64,000 nucleotides of DNA, from contig JBHLRJ010000001.1 in the NCBI GenBank assembly GCA_048882645.1, positions 22,945-86,944 on the forward strand, in the 5' to 3' direction. The notes beneath the pieces are model-generated. The model saw only the letters and a list, made by a program, of their open reading frames with translations, had not been told where the DNA came from and made no database searches. This document shows, one piece after another, positions 63,003 through 64,000 of this stretch (positions are counted from its first letter, which is position 1; the number at the start of each line of letters is the position of its first letter). Source of the stretch: Candidatus Thorarchaeota archaeon. GTDB taxonomy: Archaea > Asgardarchaeota > Lokiarchaeia > Sigyniarchaeales > SOKP01. The translations under genes were made by a program, and so were the position numbers.

Positions 63003-63005
63003 TTA

Positions 63006-63821
63006 TTAGTTTTTCTTCAGTTTTTTCTGCTTTCTTTTCTCAAGGTATTTTTTCCAATCAAAGCTTAAAATAAAAAACATTACGGTGATTGTTGCAAGTA
63101 ATAGGATTGCCTCAGTTATTATGCTCGAAATATTATCGGATTTAATTCCCTGAGCAGAAAACCCAAGAGCCACAAATATCGGCCAACAACAATAAAAGAG
63201 CGTCGTAAAGTTCTTACCTAACCATCCAGGAATAATACTTTTCCAGAAAGGATATTTTATCATCCCTAGAGGGAGAAATAGTAGATCATCTGGAAGAGGT
63301 GTTAAAGCAAACAGGAAAATAAGGAGGGGTGTACGTTTTCCATTTTCAAGAATCAGTTTCCCAAATCCATCCACATTTTCAATAGTTTTTGATTTTCGCT
63401 CTTGGGCTATCTTCTTTGTACTAAAACCCACAACATATCCAGATGATTCCCCTAACGCACTACCTAATCCACCTATAATTGCAAGACCGAGAATTTGAAC
63501 CCAAAAGGAACCAGATTGCAGAATTTGGGTTAAACTCAATCCAATAGTTGAATACTTAAGAAATATTGAATTTGAAAGAGAAAACAATACGAAAGGAAAG
63601 GGAATTGGAAACCCAATCGAAGCAGATCCCAAAAAACAAATCCCAAAAGAGATTAACAATGCCCAAAGATAATTAGAACCCTCTGTTAAGAAGGTCAGAT
63701 TCTCTCTTGACTGAATTATAGCATTTTGAATGTCAGGTACAAAAAGAAAAAGAAGAATATAAATAAAAATAGCTATATAGAAAAAGATAAAAACACCTGC
63801 AAGCTTCTTAGAAACTACCAT
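63006..63821 (-). CDS. DedA/VTT ('SNARE-associated') family membrane protein
   Basis: 271-aa multi-pass ORF. 'PIPFPFVLF' and the 'LTPLPDDLLFLPLGMIKYPFWKSIIPGWLGK' re-entrant-loop-like blocks are typical of DedA/Tvp38. Confidence 0.7.
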   Translation of the reverse strand: MVVSKKLAGVFIFFYIAIFIYILLFLFVPDIQNAIIQSRENLTFLTEGSNYLWALLISFGICFLGSASIGFPIPFPFVLFSLSNSIFLKYSTIGLSLTQILQSGSFWVQILGLAIIGGLGSALGESSGYVVGFSTKKIAQERKSKTIENVDGFGKLILENGKRTPLLIFLFALTPLPDDLLFLPLGMIKYPFWKSIIPGWLGKNFTTLFYCCWPIFVALGFSAQGIKSDNISSIITEAILLLATITVMFFILSFDWKKYLEKRKQKKLKKN

Positions 63822-63824
63822 AGT

Positions 63825-64000
63825 TTAGGTTTTCTTTGATATTTTCGTATTCAATCCATTGTTGGCTTTCAAGATTAGATCAAGATTTGAATTCACTTTT
63901 CCAATCTTATTGATTTTATTAGGCATTTGGAGAGTTTCTACGATAATAATTAATTCATCAGTTTTCGGATTATAAATTATATCTCCTTTTTCGACATCTT
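63825..64000 (-). CDS. 3' end of an unidentified CDS running off the window
   Basis: Hand translation of the minus strand gives an open frame '...DVEKGDIIYNPKTDELIIIVETLQMPNKINKIGKVNSNLDLILKANNGLNTKISKKT*'. The stop is at 63825-63827, 3 nt before the next gene start. Confidence 0.35.
   Translation of the reverse strand, partial: DVEKGDIIYNPKTDELIIIVETLQMPNKINKIGKVNSNLDLILKANNGLNTKISKKT

Noticed and set aside
1-64000. Search for CRISPR arrays, transposases/integrases, prophage or defence islands, and rRNA genes.
   Set aside because: No regularly spaced direct repeats and no DDE, tyrosine or serine recombinase motifs were seen. There are no long GC-rich structured-RNA islands apart from the two tRNAs. 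The only duplicated genes (4207/5398 and 49062/51990) are diverged paralogs, not mobile repeats.

Overview
Strongly AT-rich, gene-dense archaeal chromosomal segment with about 70 protein genes on both strands, short spacers and 2 tRNA genes. Archaeal identity is shown directly by these genes: an HMf-type histone, proteasome beta subunit, ribosomal protein S8e, SRP19, HypA, archaeal-type GluRS, ThrRS with an N-terminal editing domain, a CTP-type riboflavin kinase fused to a wHTH (RbkR-like) next to RibL FAD synthetase, and translin. Both tRNAs (Pro-GGG, Arg-GCG) fold canonically only if a roughly 30-nt insertion at a non-canonical position is removed. Several eukaryote-like components co-occur: a Ras/Rab-like small GTPase, a longin/roadblock-like protein fused to a wHTH, an Rpn11/CSN5-like JAMM protease with a long helical tail, a second small JAB protein beside the proteasome subunit, a DedA/VTT membrane protein and an Alba-like protein. 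There are also many Zn-ribbon fusion proteins and Asn/Lys/Ile-rich proteins. Together these suggest an Asgard (Loki-like) archaeon; this is inference, no search was run. The rest is housekeeping and accessory metabolism: acyl-CoA ligase, ADP-forming acyl-CoA synthetase alpha, ALDH plus SDR, amidase, AKR, three HAD hydrolases, an ABC exporter pair, a GPH/MFS symporter, two GalK-like GHMP kinases, two sugar-1-P nucleotidyltransferases, CDP-alcohol phosphatidyltransferase and PRPP synthetase. There is also a membrane cluster of DUF1624-like / GT-C-like / DUF1624-like genes. I saw no rRNA, CRISPR array, transposase, integrase or prophage. The most interesting items are: (i) a tandem pair of uncharacterised paralogs (beta-sandwich, alpha/beta module, C-terminal Zn-ribbon) divergent from a wHTH-JAB pair next to psmB; (ii) the longin-like/wHTH protein; (iii) a helical protein with by-eye BRO1-like motifs; (iv) the non-canonical tRNA introns; (v) two genes whose conserved N-termini lie upstream of any canonical start codon. 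All family assignments come from motif recognition by eye and need profile or structure searches.
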